This document shows, piece by piece, positions 18,060-28,687 of a stretch of DNA of 64,000 nt. The notes under the pieces are model-generated. The model ran no database searches, had not been told where the DNA came from, and saw only the letters and a program-made list of their open reading frames with translations. The stretch lies in the NCBI GenBank assembly GCA_963667015.2, contig CAXXJJ010000003.1, positions 64,001 through 128,000 on the forward strand, written 5' to 3'. Both the position numbers and the translations under genes were made by a program. Source of the DNA: Desulfatiglandales bacterium. Lineage in GTDB: Bacteria; Desulfobacterota; DSM-4660; Desulfatiglandales; HGW-15. Each line of letters begins with the position of its first letter. Within the stretch, counting starts at the first letter, position 1.

Positions 18060-19862
18060 ATGACAACTGATAACTCGGGAGTATTACCAATGCACACACT
18101 TCAAAAACTTCAAACCTATATGACGGGAAGAAAAGCGCTTCTTCCCGGATCATTAGTCTTGTCAGCCATGAGCACCCTTGCGGGAATGTCTCCATATATT
18201 TTTATATGGTTGATTGTCCGTGAACTTTTCAACGCGGGTTCGAACTATTCCGTTTCCTTTGTTAACACCTGTGCATGGTGGGCCGCGGGAACTGCTGTAG
18301 GCAGTGTTATACTCTATTTTATTGCCCTGTCCTTTTCGCACCTTGCAGCCTTCAGGGCAGAAGCCAACATGCGCAGATATGCCATGCATAAAATTGTACG
18401 CATGCCCCTGGGATTTTTTGACAGAAAAACATCAGGGCGCATACGCAAGATAATTGATGAAAACGCAAGTATCACCCACGGTTTTTTGGCTCACCAGATG
18501 CCCGACCTTGCGGGAACGTTCATTATGCCTTTGACAGCGCTTGTCCTGGTTTTTGTGTTTGACTGGCGGCTTGGCCTGGCATGCCTTGTCCCCATAATCT
18601 TTTCCATGTTTCTCATGGGTTTTATGATGGGTAAAAAAGGACGGCATTTTATGAAGAGCTACATGGATTCCCTTGAAGAAATGAATACCGAGGCAGTGGA
18701 ATATGTAAGAGGTATACCGGTAGTAAAGGTTTTTCAGCAGACTGTATTTTCATTCAAGAATTTTTACAGAAGCATCATGAAATACAGGGAAATGGTATCG
18801 GAGTATACAAAGCTGTGGCAAAAACCCATGTCCGCCTATACGGTTGTTATAAACGGTTTTGTGTTTTTTCTTGTGCCTGCCGCGATTCTTCTTGTCAACA
18901 GTACCGGGGACCATGCGGGTGTTATGCTGAATCTTTTTTTGTATGTTCTGATTACCCCGGTATTTTCACAGTGCATTATGAGAAGCATGTACATGAGCCA
19001 GGCCCTTGGGCAGGCAAGAGAGGCGGTTACCCGTGTGGAAGACTTGATTTCTGCGGAGCCTCTCCCGGTACCGGCCATACCAAAATCCCCTACCGGTTAC
19101 GATATCAGTTTCAGGAATGTGTCATTCATGTATCCCTGTACTGTTCAAATGGCCATAGAAAACATCAGCTTTAATATTCCCGAAGGAAAAACAGCAGCGC
19201 TTGTGGGGGCGTCCGGCGGGGGTAAAACAACCATTGCGCGTCTTGTTCCGCGTTTCAGGGATGTTACTGAGGGCGAGGTGTTTATTGGCGGCGTCAATGT
19301 AAAGAATATTGATCCTGAAGAGCTTATGAACTCCATTTCTTTTGTGTTTCAGAATACCAGGCTTTTCAAGGCCTCCCTGCTTGAAAATATAAGATACGGT
19401 AATCCTGATGCAACCGCGGAACAGATAATGCAGGCAGTTAAGACGGCACAGTGCCGGGAAATAATAGATAAACTTCCCAGCGGCCTGAAAACAAAAATAG
19501 GAACCGAAGGTACCTATCTTTCCGGAGGCGAGCAGCAGCGGATAGTACTTGCCAGGGCTATTCTTAAAAACGCGCCGGTTGTTGTGCTGGATGAGGCAAC
19601 CGCTTTTACCGACCCTGAAAATGAACATCTGATTCAGGCGGCCCTTAAAAAACTGGCAAAGGGAAAAACAGTGCTCATGATCGCACACAGGCTTACAAGC
19701 GTAAAGGATGCTGACACCATTATTGTTATTGATAAAGGTAAAATTGCAGAGCAGGGTACACATAATGAGCTGCTCAAAAAACAGGGCATCTACACAAACA
19801 TGTGGAATGAATATCAGCAGTCGGTCCAGTGGACAATAGGAAAGGAGGCATGTAATGCTTAA
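18060..19862 (+). CDS. ABC transporter permease/ATPase, IrtA/YbtP-like
   Basis: SHLAAF, AHQMPD, EYVRGIPVVK; Walker A GASGGGKT, LSGGE, LDEATAFTDPENE. Confidence 0.9.
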   Translation: MTTDNSGVLPMHTLQKLQTYMTGRKALLPGSLVLSAMSTLAGMSPYIFIWLIVRELFNAGSNYSVSFVNTCAWWAAGTAVGSVILYFIALSFSHLAAFRAEANMRRYAMHKIVRMPLGFFDRKTSGRIRKIIDENASITHGFLAHQMPDLAGTFIMPLTALVLVFVFDWRLGLACLVPIIFSMFLMGFMMGKKGRHFMKSYMDSLEEMNTEAVEYVRGIPVVKVFQQTVFSFKNFYRSIMKYREMVSEYTKLWQKPMSAYTVVINGFVFFLVPAAILLVNSTGDHAGVMLNLFLYVLITPVFSQCIMRSMYMSQALGQAREAVTRVEDLISAEPLPVPAIPKSPTGYDISFRNVSFMYPCTVQMAIENISFNIPEGKTAALVGASGGGKTTIARLVPRFRDVTEGEVFIGGVNVKNIDPEELMNSISFVFQNTRLFKASLLENIRYGNPDATAEQIMQAVKTAQCREIIDKLPSGLKTKIGTEGTYLSGGEQQRIVLARAILKNAPVVVLDEATAFTDPENEHLIQAALKKLAKGKTVLMIAHRLTSVKDADTIIVIDKGKIAEQGTHNELLKKQGIYTNMWNEYQQSVQWTIGKEACNA

Positions 19863-21594
19863 GATGCTTCAAAAAAGACTTGCCCTTTCAAAAAAGGGCG
19901 CTAAAGATTTTTTAAAGGGCGTGTTTTTTACAACAATCTTGGATCTGGCCCTCATGCTTCCTGCGGTCCTGTTTTACTTTTTTCTAAAAGAGTACCTCGC
20001 TCCTGTGCTTGATCTGTCCGCACCGGTTACAAAGGGTTTTTTATATTATGTTCTTCTCGGGGCAGTATTTATGCTTGTCATGTATGTTATCGCAATATTA
20101 CAGTACCAAAGTACATATACGACCATTTACGAAGAAAGCGCCAACCGCCGTATTTCTCTGGCCGAGAAGCTACGTATATTGCCTCTTGCCTTTTTCGGTG
20201 AAAAAAATCTTTCTGATCTTACTGCAACTGTTATGGAAGACAATACTGAACTGGAACATACCTTTTCACACGCAGTGCCTCAGCTTGCAGCCTCGATTAT
20301 CAGTCTTGTTATAATCGCGGCAGGTTTGTTCTTTTATAACTGGCAGCTCTCCATTGCCCTGTTCTGGGTAGTACCTTTTGCAGGAGCTATAATTATTGTT
20401 TCAAAGAAAATTCTTCATAAAGAAAACCGAAAGCTTTACCTGAAAAAACGGGATGTAACTGAGCAGATACAGGAAGGGATAGAAACAATACAGGAAATCA
20501 AGTCATATAACCGGGAAGAAACCTATATTGATGAATTGAACAGAAGTATCAATATCTATGAAAAGCATCTTATACGCGGCGAACTGCTGGCAGGAGGGCT
20601 GGTCAATTCTGCACAGAGTTTTCTCAAACTTGGTATGGCAAGCGTTGTTATTACAGGCGCAAAGCTTTTATCATCAGGGAGTATTGATCTCTTTATGTAT
20701 CTTGTATTTCTTATGATAGCATCCAGGATCTACAACCCTATAAGCGAGGTGTTCAACAACCTGGCGGCCCTGTTCTATCTTGATATCCGCATCAACCGTA
20801 TGATCGAGATGGAAGCTCTGCCCGTGCAGAAGGGTAACAGTGATTTTAAACCCGATAACTATGATATTGTTTTTAAAGGTGTGGATTTCTCATACGAAAA
20901 AGGAAAGCAGGTACTGCATGATGTATCCTTTACTGCAAAGCAGGGTGAAATAACCGCGCTTGTGGGTCCTTCGGGCGGGGGAAAAAGTACATCTGCAAAG
21001 CTTGCCGCCAGGTTCTGGGATATTGAAAAAGGTAAAATACTTTTAGGCGGGCAGGACATCAAAAACATTGAACCTGAAACCCTGCTTAAAAACTACTCAG
21101 TTGTATTCCAGGATGTTGTGCTGTTTAATTCATCTATAATGGATAATATTCGCATCGGCAGGCGTGATGCAAGTGATGAGGAAGTAATGCATGTTGCGGG
21201 TCTTGCCAGGTGTGATGAGTTTGTTAATAAAATGCCGGAAGGCTACAATACCGTTATAGGTGAAAACGGTGAGACTCTTTCGGGCGGCGAACGTCAGCGC
21301 ATCTCCATTGCCCGGGCCCTGCTTAAGGATGCCCCCATTGTTCTGCTTGATGAAGCAACAGCTTCGCTTGATGTGGAAAATGAAACAAAGATTCAGGCTG
21401 GTATTTCCGAACTGGTAAAGGACAAGACCGTGCTGATCATAGCCCATCGCATGCGCACTGTGGCAAATGCTCATAAAATAGTGGTCCTGGAAGAGGGTAG
21501 GGTTGCTGAAACAGGATCACCTGAAGAATTGAAGACAAAAAATGGTATTTTATCGAAAATGATTGAACGTCAGATGCAGCCGAATCTTATATAA
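19855..21594 (+). CDS. ABC transporter permease/ATPase, IrtB/YbtQ-like
   Basis: RISLAEKLRILPL; GPSGGGKS, LSGGERQR, LDEATASLD. Confidence 0.9.
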   Translation: MLKMLQKRLALSKKGAKDFLKGVFFTTILDLALMLPAVLFYFFLKEYLAPVLDLSAPVTKGFLYYVLLGAVFMLVMYVIAILQYQSTYTTIYEESANRRISLAEKLRILPLAFFGEKNLSDLTATVMEDNTELEHTFSHAVPQLAASIISLVIIAAGLFFYNWQLSIALFWVVPFAGAIIIVSKKILHKENRKLYLKKRDVTEQIQEGIETIQEIKSYNREETYIDELNRSINIYEKHLIRGELLAGGLVNSAQSFLKLGMASVVITGAKLLSSGSIDLFMYLVFLMIASRIYNPISEVFNNLAALFYLDIRINRMIEMEALPVQKGNSDFKPDNYDIVFKGVDFSYEKGKQVLHDVSFTAKQGEITALVGPSGGGKSTSAKLAARFWDIEKGKILLGGQDIKNIEPETLLKNYSVVFQDVVLFNSSIMDNIRIGRRDASDEEVMHVAGLARCDEFVNKMPEGYNTVIGENGETLSGGERQRISIARALLKDAPIVLLDEATASLDVENETKIQAGISELVKDKTVLIIAHRMRTVANAHKIVVLEEGRVAETGSPEELKTKNGILSKMIERQMQPNLI

Positions 21595-21612
21595 AAACAG
21601 GGTAAATGCTCC

Positions 21613-22572
21613 ATGATGGATCTTATTCAAAAATATCAGAGCTACCATAACAAGTGTCATGATATCAGTTATTCTATCCCGGATATAAAAGGCCGCGGTT
21701 ATTTTCGGTCGATATGTCCTCGAAAAGGAATATGGATTTTTCAGGAAGAATATCAGCTCAGGGAGGAGTTTTCGGTCAAGACATGTAATACATCTCTCCC
21801 CATGGGTATTTCATATTGCCTGTCAGGCAGGGTGGACTGGTCTGTCGAAGGCAGGGAAGAACAGTATACAACCGGAAAGGGACAGAGCGAGTTTCTTTTT
21901 GCCGGAGAAACCGGCGGGGTATCAACATACGGAGCTGATGAACCCATTGTAATAATAAGTATTATGATTTGCCCTGAAGTAATGGGGATGTATCTGGATA
22001 TGCCAGGAAATTCAGCCTGCGATTATATGCTGATTGAGCCGCACGAGGAAAAGGGTGATGATATACTGTATAAAAAATGCGATATTCCCGGGTATGTTCG
22101 GCAGATACTGCATCAATTGATGAGATCTCCCTGTGAAAATATATCCGAGCGCCTGCTCTTCCAGAGTAAGGTATTGGAACTGGTGGCATTGCAGATGGAA
22201 CAGATCGGCAGTAACAACACCGGTATACGCAAAAGGTATGAAACAGCCGCTGCTGGTACAATAGTGTCAGAGGCAAAAAACATCATCAGTGCCCGCATGA
22301 AATCTCCCCCTTCCCTTAAAAGTCTTGCCCATATGATAGGCACAAATGAAACCAAACTCAAAAAGGTTTTCAGGGAAAAATGCAATACAACTGTATACGG
22401 ATATTTGACAGAGTGCCGTATGCAGAAGGCATGTGACCTGCTTAAAGATCATTCCCAGACCATGTCGGAGATCGGCGCAGAACTGGGGTACTCCGAACGC
22501 ACTCATTTCTGCCGCGCATTTACAAGATATTTTGGCATGCCTCCTTCACAGTATCGTATGAAATTAAGATAG
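21613..22572 (+). CDS. AraC family regulator (PchR/YbtA-like)
   Basis: QSKVLELVA...PPSLKSLA...NETKLKKVF...GYSERTHFCRAF. Confidence 0.92.
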   Translation: MMDLIQKYQSYHNKCHDISYSIPDIKGRGYFRSICPRKGIWIFQEEYQLREEFSVKTCNTSLPMGISYCLSGRVDWSVEGREEQYTTGKGQSEFLFAGETGGVSTYGADEPIVIISIMICPEVMGMYLDMPGNSACDYMLIEPHEEKGDDILYKKCDIPGYVRQILHQLMRSPCENISERLLFQSKVLELVALQMEQIGSNNTGIRKRYETAAAGTIVSEAKNIISARMKSPPSLKSLAHMIGTNETKLKKVFREKCNTTVYGYLTECRMQKACDLLKDHSQTMSEIGAELGYSERTHFCRAFTRYFGMPPSQYRMKLR

Positions 22573-22594
22573 TTTTACAACTCTCCAAAAACAC

Positions 22595-22664
22595 CCTTTG
22601 AGGTACATGTTTGTACCTCAGGGGTACACTTCTTAAGACACGTGTGTGTTATAGGTGTCTAATA
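22595..22664 (+). promoter_or_regulatory. Putative AraC direct-repeat site plus TTAT-N6-CTAA box upstream of a TonB receptor
   Basis: CCTTTGAGGTACA (22595) and CCTCAGGGGTACA (22616) are 21 bp apart; TGTTAT-AGGTGT-CTAATA at 22647-22664. Confidence 0.55.
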
Positions 22665-22719
22665 ATATTTTAATCATATATTTGAGATTGATATTTGTTT
22701 GATAATCAAGGAGTTGATC

Positions 22720-24831
22720 ATGTACATACTGAAAAGAAGTCTGTTGTTAATGATATTATTAATACTGATACCGGGCATTGTTGTCAGCGGAGAAGAATAT
22801 TCTACACGAATTACCGGCACTGATGAATCCGTAAAGATGGAAAAACTTACGGTTACTGTCCGCAAGATCGAGGAGGATCTTCAAAAGATCCCTGTGAGCG
22901 CCAGCGTTGTGTCGGATATTCTTCTGGATGATGCCAAAATCGATGACACAAAGGAACTGATAGATTTTATTCCCAATGTTTACCTTAAAAAAACAACCTC
23001 TGAAAATGTAATAACCATGAGAGGTATTACAAGTTATGAGTCCTCTGTATATTCCCCGACTGCCGTCTATATAGATGATCTTATGATCCCCCTGCATTAT
23101 GGGCATCTGTTCGATTTGATAGACATCGAAAGGGTGGAGGTGCTCAGGGGACCACAGGGAAGCCTTTATGGCGGAAACAGCCTTGCAGGTGTTATAAATG
23201 TAGTTACCCGCATGCCGGATAATGAAAGGCGTTTTAAGATATTCGGAGATCTTGCAGGCTTTACAGGCGGAGAAGGCAGTTTCCCTGAATACAGTATGGG
23301 ATTCAATGCGTCAGGTCCTGTTGTTTCTGATAAATTGTATTTAGGTATAGCAGGAAGCTGGTCAAAGGGTGACGGATTTATGAAGAATCTGTATTCAGGA
23401 AATGAAAAGGCCGGAAAGACAGATCGAAAAAATATCCGGGGAACCTTGCGTTTAACACCTTCTGCAAACCTTGATATTACACTTTCCGCTGATGTTCTGG
23501 ATAATGATGATAACATAGGAGTATACCGTTTTGAAGGCGGTCCATACAGAACCGATCCCTATACTGTTGACCATGACACCGAGGAGTTTCAGAAGGAATC
23601 GGGATATGGATTAAACTTCAGGCTGGCCTACACCGGAGATAATTTAAAATTATTATCTGTCACAGGATACAGGAAATACAATAACGACAATCTGCAGGAC
23701 TATGATGATACCTCGGATCCATATAACAACTGGGGGGCATATTACTCTGAGTATGATGACAAATACCTGAGTCAGGAATTCAGGCTTTCTTCCGTTGACG
23801 ATGATTCTCCCTTCAAATGGCTTATAGGCGCACACGGTTTTAGAGAAGATACTGATATTGCCCAGACTGATGAAGTTGTTTATCAGGACAGCAGGACTGC
23901 CATTGAATCATCAGGCTATTCCCTGTTTGGCGAGGGAACATACACCCTGATTGGCCGCCTGCATTTGACCGCAGGCTTCCGGTATGATGCCCGTGATACC
24001 GAGGGAGAAAAACATGACTATGGAATAGACATCACACATGAAATGGACAGCTCGGAAGTTATGCCCAAGTTTTCATTAGGTTATGATTTTACGGATCAGA
24101 CCTACGGTTACGCTACTGTTTCAAAGGGATTTCTTGCAGGCGGGTACAATTACGGTGATGCTTCGGATATTTCATCATTTGCCTATGACCCGGAATACGC
24201 CTGGAACTATGAAGCCGGGTTAAAGACAAACTGGATGGACCGCAGGCTCATGCTTAATGTTGCTGTTTTCTATATTGATATGACCGACAAACAGGTCACG
24301 GAAATGGATTACGGTGAGGGATACTTTATTACCAAAATCGATAATGCCGCAAAAGCACATTCAAAGGGTATTGAAGTTGAACTACAGGCAAGGCCTGCAA
24401 AGGGCTGGGATATATTTGCCGGGCTGGGATATACTGACGCCGAGTATGACAACTGGGTGGCAACCGAATATAACAGTGATTACACTGATCTGATCAGCAA
24501 CGATTACAGCGGAAAAAGTGTGCCCGGAGCACCTGAATACACAGGACATCTGGGTATCCAGTACCGTCATATCAGCGGGATATTCGCCCGTGTTGACCTG
24601 GATGCGATCGGCTCAATCTACGCGGACCAGAAAAATATTATTGAGGATGACGCCTATGCCCTTGTTAACCTGCAGCTTGGTTATGAGACAGAGAATTATG
24701 ACCTGATATTCTACTGTAAAAATCTGTTTGACACGGAATATCATACTGTTGCTTATGACTGGGACGGGGTAAAACTTGTACAGGACGGTGAACCCGCAAT
24801 ATTCGGCGCGCGTGTAATTATGAGATTCTGA
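22720..24831 (+). CDS. TonB-dependent receptor (FyuA-like)
   Basis: ERVEVLRGPQGSLYGGN; C-terminal F; start set to ATG 22720 behind AAGGAG. Confidence 0.93.
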   Translation: MYILKRSLLLMILLILIPGIVVSGEEYSTRITGTDESVKMEKLTVTVRKIEEDLQKIPVSASVVSDILLDDAKIDDTKELIDFIPNVYLKKTTSENVITMRGITSYESSVYSPTAVYIDDLMIPLHYGHLFDLIDIERVEVLRGPQGSLYGGNSLAGVINVVTRMPDNERRFKIFGDLAGFTGGEGSFPEYSMGFNASGPVVSDKLYLGIAGSWSKGDGFMKNLYSGNEKAGKTDRKNIRGTLRLTPSANLDITLSADVLDNDDNIGVYRFEGGPYRTDPYTVDHDTEEFQKESGYGLNFRLAYTGDNLKLLSVTGYRKYNNDNLQDYDDTSDPYNNWGAYYSEYDDKYLSQEFRLSSVDDDSPFKWLIGAHGFREDTDIAQTDEVVYQDSRTAIESSGYSLFGEGTYTLIGRLHLTAGFRYDARDTEGEKHDYGIDITHEMDSSEVMPKFSLGYDFTDQTYGYATVSKGFLAGGYNYGDASDISSFAYDPEYAWNYEAGLKTNWMDRRLMLNVAVFYIDMTDKQVTEMDYGEGYFITKIDNAAKAHSKGIEVELQARPAKGWDIFAGLGYTDAEYDNWVATEYNSDYTDLISNDYSGKSVPGAPEYTGHLGIQYRHISGIFARVDLDAIGSIYADQKNIIEDDAYALVNLQLGYETENYDLIFYCKNLFDTEYHTVAYDWDGVKLVQDGEPAIFGARVIMRF

Positions 24832-24833
24832 TA

Positions 24834-25511
24834 ATGGGGGATAACGCTTCGGTAATGAGGGAGACATGCACACCTGATGACCTGTTTGCTCCCGCGAGCA
24901 GGTACATTATAAAATGCGGTGCAGACTCCGGGATACGCGACTGGATAATCCTTGGAGTACTTAACGGACTGGTGGTGGCAATGAGTCACCTGATATTTTC
25001 CCTGTATATATTTCTGGGGCCTCTGGCCGTTTTTATGCAGTTTTATCATCAGTGTGCAGAAAACCTTTTTATTGCAAGCGTATACCTGCTTATGCCGGTA
25101 ACTGCTCCGCGCAGGTTTGCCTTTTCCCTTAACGCTGTTGTGTGGAGTATCATGGGTGTAATGCAGGGATGGTGGCCTGTTATACCGGTCGCAGTACCCG
25201 CAGGAATAATGGCTGATCTTATTGTGCGCGTACCATGTTTTAAAAGCCGTAAAATCAAATTATTGATCAGCTATTCATTCTATACAACCATGCTGAGCAT
25301 TGCCAGTTTCTGGCCCTTTATGTTCATGAAACAAAGCACAATGATGCGGAGGATGGCGGCAATGGACCCGGGCATTGGGGCCTATATTAATAAATTTACC
25401 ATGCCGTTTTTTACAAGCATAATGGCGGCGTCCTTTATATCAGCCCTGCTCGGCGGTTTTATGGCATTAAAATTTATTTCAAGACATTTTGCAGCAGACG
25501 GAACAGGGTAA
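24834..25511 (+). CDS. MptD-family ECF transporter S component
   Basis: Multi-TM protein ending ALLGGFMALKFISRHF, directly upstream of ECF T and ATPase genes. Confidence 0.7.
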   Translation: MGDNASVMRETCTPDDLFAPASRYIIKCGADSGIRDWIILGVLNGLVVAMSHLIFSLYIFLGPLAVFMQFYHQCAENLFIASVYLLMPVTAPRRFAFSLNAVVWSIMGVMQGWWPVIPVAVPAGIMADLIVRVPCFKSRKIKLLISYSFYTTMLSIASFWPFMFMKQSTMMRRMAAMDPGIGAYINKFTMPFFTSIMAASFISALLGGFMALKFISRHFAADGTG

Positions 25512-26287
25512 TGAAAATCAGAGGAATAAGGAAAATTATATATGACCTTGATGACCGTGTTAAGGTCTGGATGGCAATAAGTGCGGGTGCCGCGGCAATT
25601 TATTGCGTGGACTGGTTTTTACAGTGCCTGATCCTTTTTATATGCCTTGCCCTGTGCATGGCAGGAGGGGCAGGGCGTTTTGTTGCAGGCTATACAATAC
25701 TGCTGCTCATAGTTGTGGGTATTGTTTCCCTGGGGCTGAAACTTACTTCCCCGGAATCAAACTCTACGGGCATGAGCCTCTATTTTATGATTATCAAGTT
25801 CAGTCCCATGTTTGTGATGATGGTTTTTATTCAGGCAAGCCTCAATACAAGCCGCTTTCTGCATATGCTGGATCAGATGCGCATCCCTGCAAAATATGTA
25901 ATTCCTCTGGGTGTATGCCTGCGTTTTATGCCTTCTGCTGCAACAGAGATTCGCCAGGTCCGTTATGCTATGCGTATGCGCGGAATCAGGTTTTTCTCTT
26001 TTTCTACGGTCAGGCATCCCTTTGTTATGCTCGGGTATATGATGGCCCCGATCCTTGTAAGGTCCCTGTCTATCGGAGAGGAGCTTGCACGCTCAGCCGT
26101 GGCAAGGGGAATAGAGTCAACAGGTTTAAAGACCAGTATTCATAAACTTTTATTTCGTACAGTAGACGGGGTTGTGTTTGTTGTCTGGTCCATGTCTTTT
26201 GCAGCCATTATCATTACTGATCATCATATCTATTCCGAGGGTCTTAATCCTCTGCAGACAGTATTATCCGGAGGGGTGATGTGCTGA
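25511..26287 (+). CDS. ECF transporter T component (CbiQ/EcfT)
   Basis: LRFMP...AMRMRG...SAVARG coupling-helix motifs. Confidence 0.88.
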   Translation: MKIRGIRKIIYDLDDRVKVWMAISAGAAAIYCVDWFLQCLILFICLALCMAGGAGRFVAGYTILLLIVVGIVSLGLKLTSPESNSTGMSLYFMIIKFSPMFVMMVFIQASLNTSRFLHMLDQMRIPAKYVIPLGVCLRFMPSAATEIRQVRYAMRMRGIRFFSFSTVRHPFVMLGYMMAPILVRSLSIGEELARSAVARGIESTGLKTSIHKLLFRTVDGVVFVVWSMSFAAIIITDHHIYSEGLNPLQTVLSGGVMC

Positions 26288-27660
26288 AAACCGAAGAACT
26301 CTCATTTCAGTATACAGGCAGCACAGGCTGGGCCATAAAGGATGTCTGTATTGAGGTCAACAGGGGGGAGTGTGTCCTGCTAACGGGTGCAAGCGGGTGC
26401 GGCAAATCCACACTGGTAAAATGCCTTAACGGTCTTGTTCCCCATTTTGAAAAGGGTATAAGGGCAGGCAGGGTAATGCTTGATCAGACGGACATGGCAG
26501 ACATGCCCATTCATGGGATTTCACAAAGGGTTGGAACTGTTTTTCAGAATCCAAGATCCCAGTTTTTTACCACCCATGTGGTAGACGAGATAGCATTCGG
26601 GTGTGAAAACTTCGGTATGCCCCGGGAAAAAATCATGAGCCGTATTGATGAATCCCTTGACCGGTTCGGTATTGCCCATCTCCGGGGCAGGAAGATATTT
26701 GCTCTTTCGAGCGGTGAACAGCAGAGAGTAATACTGGCCTCTGTTTATGCTATGGGTGTCGATGTATGGGTGATGGATGAGCCTTCGGCCAACCTGGATA
26801 ATCATGCAATAGATACACTCAGGGATATTATCGGTTCACTTAAAGAGGAAGGGAAAACCATAATTATAGCGGAGCACCGATATCATTATCTTAAGGAACA
26901 TATAGACAGGGTTGTATTCCTCAACAAAGGCCGTATCTGTTCAATACATAGTGATGATTCTCTTTTGGAAAAAAAGAATCATCACTGTGTATCACATTTA
27001 AAAAAAGAAATAAAATATTCGGACAGATCCCTTACAGCAAAAAATATATTTTATCATTACCCCAAATCCCGTGATTCAATTCTCGAAGGAATAGATATTT
27101 CTGTTTCCGGCGGGGAGATTACTGCGATTACCGGGAACAACGGGAGCGGAAAGACTACGCTGGCAATGATGATCGCAGGTCTTATCAGACCGGACAAAGG
27201 AGAGATAAAATTCAACAGTTCTCCTGTTACTTCAGGGCAAAGGATTAAAAAATGCAGGATGGTGTTACAGGAAGCAGACCACCAGCTTTTTACCGAGACA
27301 GTTTACCGGGAACTGGAAATCGGCATTAAAAAGAACGGTGACCATCGTGATCGGATAATGAAGATATTAAAATCCATCGGCCTTGACCATAAAGCCCGCA
27401 AAAGACCCCACTCACTTTCAGGCGGTGAAAAGCAGAGGCTTGCAGTTGCTGCAGCTCTTGCGGCTGATCCTGAAATACTGATCCTGGATGAACCCACAAG
27501 CGGGCTTGATGTAGAAAATATGATGCGTATAGGGAATATGCTTAATCACGCATCCCGGAGAGGTGCTGTTGTAATAGTAATAACCCATGACAATGAATTT
27601 ATAAAAAACTGCTGTACAAGAGTACTGCGGATAAAAAAAGGAGGTATTATCAATGAATAA
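26281..27660 (+). CDS. ECF transporter ATPase with two ABC domains
   Basis: GASGCGKS / FQNPRSQFF / DEPSANLD and GNNGSGKT / LSGGEKQR / DEPTSGLD. Confidence 0.92.
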   Translation: MLKTEELSFQYTGSTGWAIKDVCIEVNRGECVLLTGASGCGKSTLVKCLNGLVPHFEKGIRAGRVMLDQTDMADMPIHGISQRVGTVFQNPRSQFFTTHVVDEIAFGCENFGMPREKIMSRIDESLDRFGIAHLRGRKIFALSSGEQQRVILASVYAMGVDVWVMDEPSANLDNHAIDTLRDIIGSLKEEGKTIIIAEHRYHYLKEHIDRVVFLNKGRICSIHSDDSLLEKKNHHCVSHLKKEIKYSDRSLTAKNIFYHYPKSRDSILEGIDISVSGGEITAITGNNGSGKTTLAMMIAGLIRPDKGEIKFNSSPVTSGQRIKKCRMVLQEADHQLFTETVYRELEIGIKKNGDHRDRIMKILKSIGLDHKARKRPHSLSGGEKQRLAVAAALAADPEILILDEPTSGLDVENMMRIGNMLNHASRRGAVVIVITHDNEFIKNCCTRVLRIKKGGIINE

Positions 27661-28672
27661 TTTACCTGCACTGGAGATTGATTTTAGTGAACTTATTAAT
27701 ATTTATTTCGGGACAATCGCAAGCCGTCTTTTAATGACCGCCATAGATATGAAGGTGTTTGACCACCTGGAACACCCTGTGTCTTCCGATACAGTTGCTG
27801 AGGCCATTATCAGCCACCCCTATAACACAGGTCTTATGCTGGATGCCCTTTGCGCGAGCGGTGTGATTATGAAAAACAACAGCCTTTACAGTAACTGTCA
27901 ACTGGCCACCGATTTTCTGGTATGCGGAAAACCGGCATACCTGGGTGAATGGCTCAAACGGGCAGATGATGCAGCTCAGCCCTTTCTTTTTAAAATGGAG
28001 CATTATATTCGATCCGGTCCTGATAGTCCTGCCGAAGAAGAGACAATGAACGGCGAGGCTCACTGTGAGTATTATACCCACTCCCATGCTGCCAGCAGCT
28101 TTGCGGGTATTGCAAAGAGTTTTGCCAATCATATATCTGCTCTGCCCGGGTTTAAGGAGTGCCGCAAACTGCTGGATCTGGGTGGAGGGCCCGGCATTAA
28201 TGCCATGGCTGTTACAGAGAAAAATACTGACCTTAAGGCAACAGTATTTGACCGGCCCGGTATCGTGAAAATTGCGGAAGAATATATCAAGAAATATGGT
28301 TTTGAAGACAGTGTATCGACTATTGGCGGAGATTATACCAGGGATTCTATAGGAGCCGAGTATGACATGATCATGATCACTGACTCTCTCTATTATGATG
28401 ACAATGATGTTGATGCTGTCCTTAAAAGGTGTCATGATGCTATAAAAAAGGGCGGTATGTTTGTTGGCATACACGCAGTGTTGACACATGAAAGGACAAG
28501 ACCTGCCAACCTTGTTCTGGATCTTTTAACCGAGACCATGACAGGCCAGGCCCACATGAGGGAAGAGAAATTTCTGATGTACGCACTTGAAAGATGCGGA
28601 TTTAAAGACACTACATCAAAAATGATTGATGTCTGTGGAATGCAGATGGAGATGAATACAGGAATAATTTAA
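27653..28672 (+). CDS. O-methyltransferase (Methyltransf_2 type with dimerisation domain)
   Basis: N-terminal winged-helix dimerisation region; LLDLGGGPG; VFDRP; GGDY. Confidence 0.88.
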   Translation: MNNLPALEIDFSELINIYFGTIASRLLMTAIDMKVFDHLEHPVSSDTVAEAIISHPYNTGLMLDALCASGVIMKNNSLYSNCQLATDFLVCGKPAYLGEWLKRADDAAQPFLFKMEHYIRSGPDSPAEEETMNGEAHCEYYTHSHAASSFAGIAKSFANHISALPGFKECRKLLDLGGGPGINAMAVTEKNTDLKATVFDRPGIVKIAEEYIKKYGFEDSVSTIGGDYTRDSIGAEYDMIMITDSLYYDDNDVDAVLKRCHDAIKKGGMFVGIHAVLTHERTRPANLVLDLLTETMTGQAHMREEKFLMYALERCGFKDTTSKMIDVCGMQMEMNTGII

Positions 28673-28687
28673 TAGAGGAGAAAAAAC

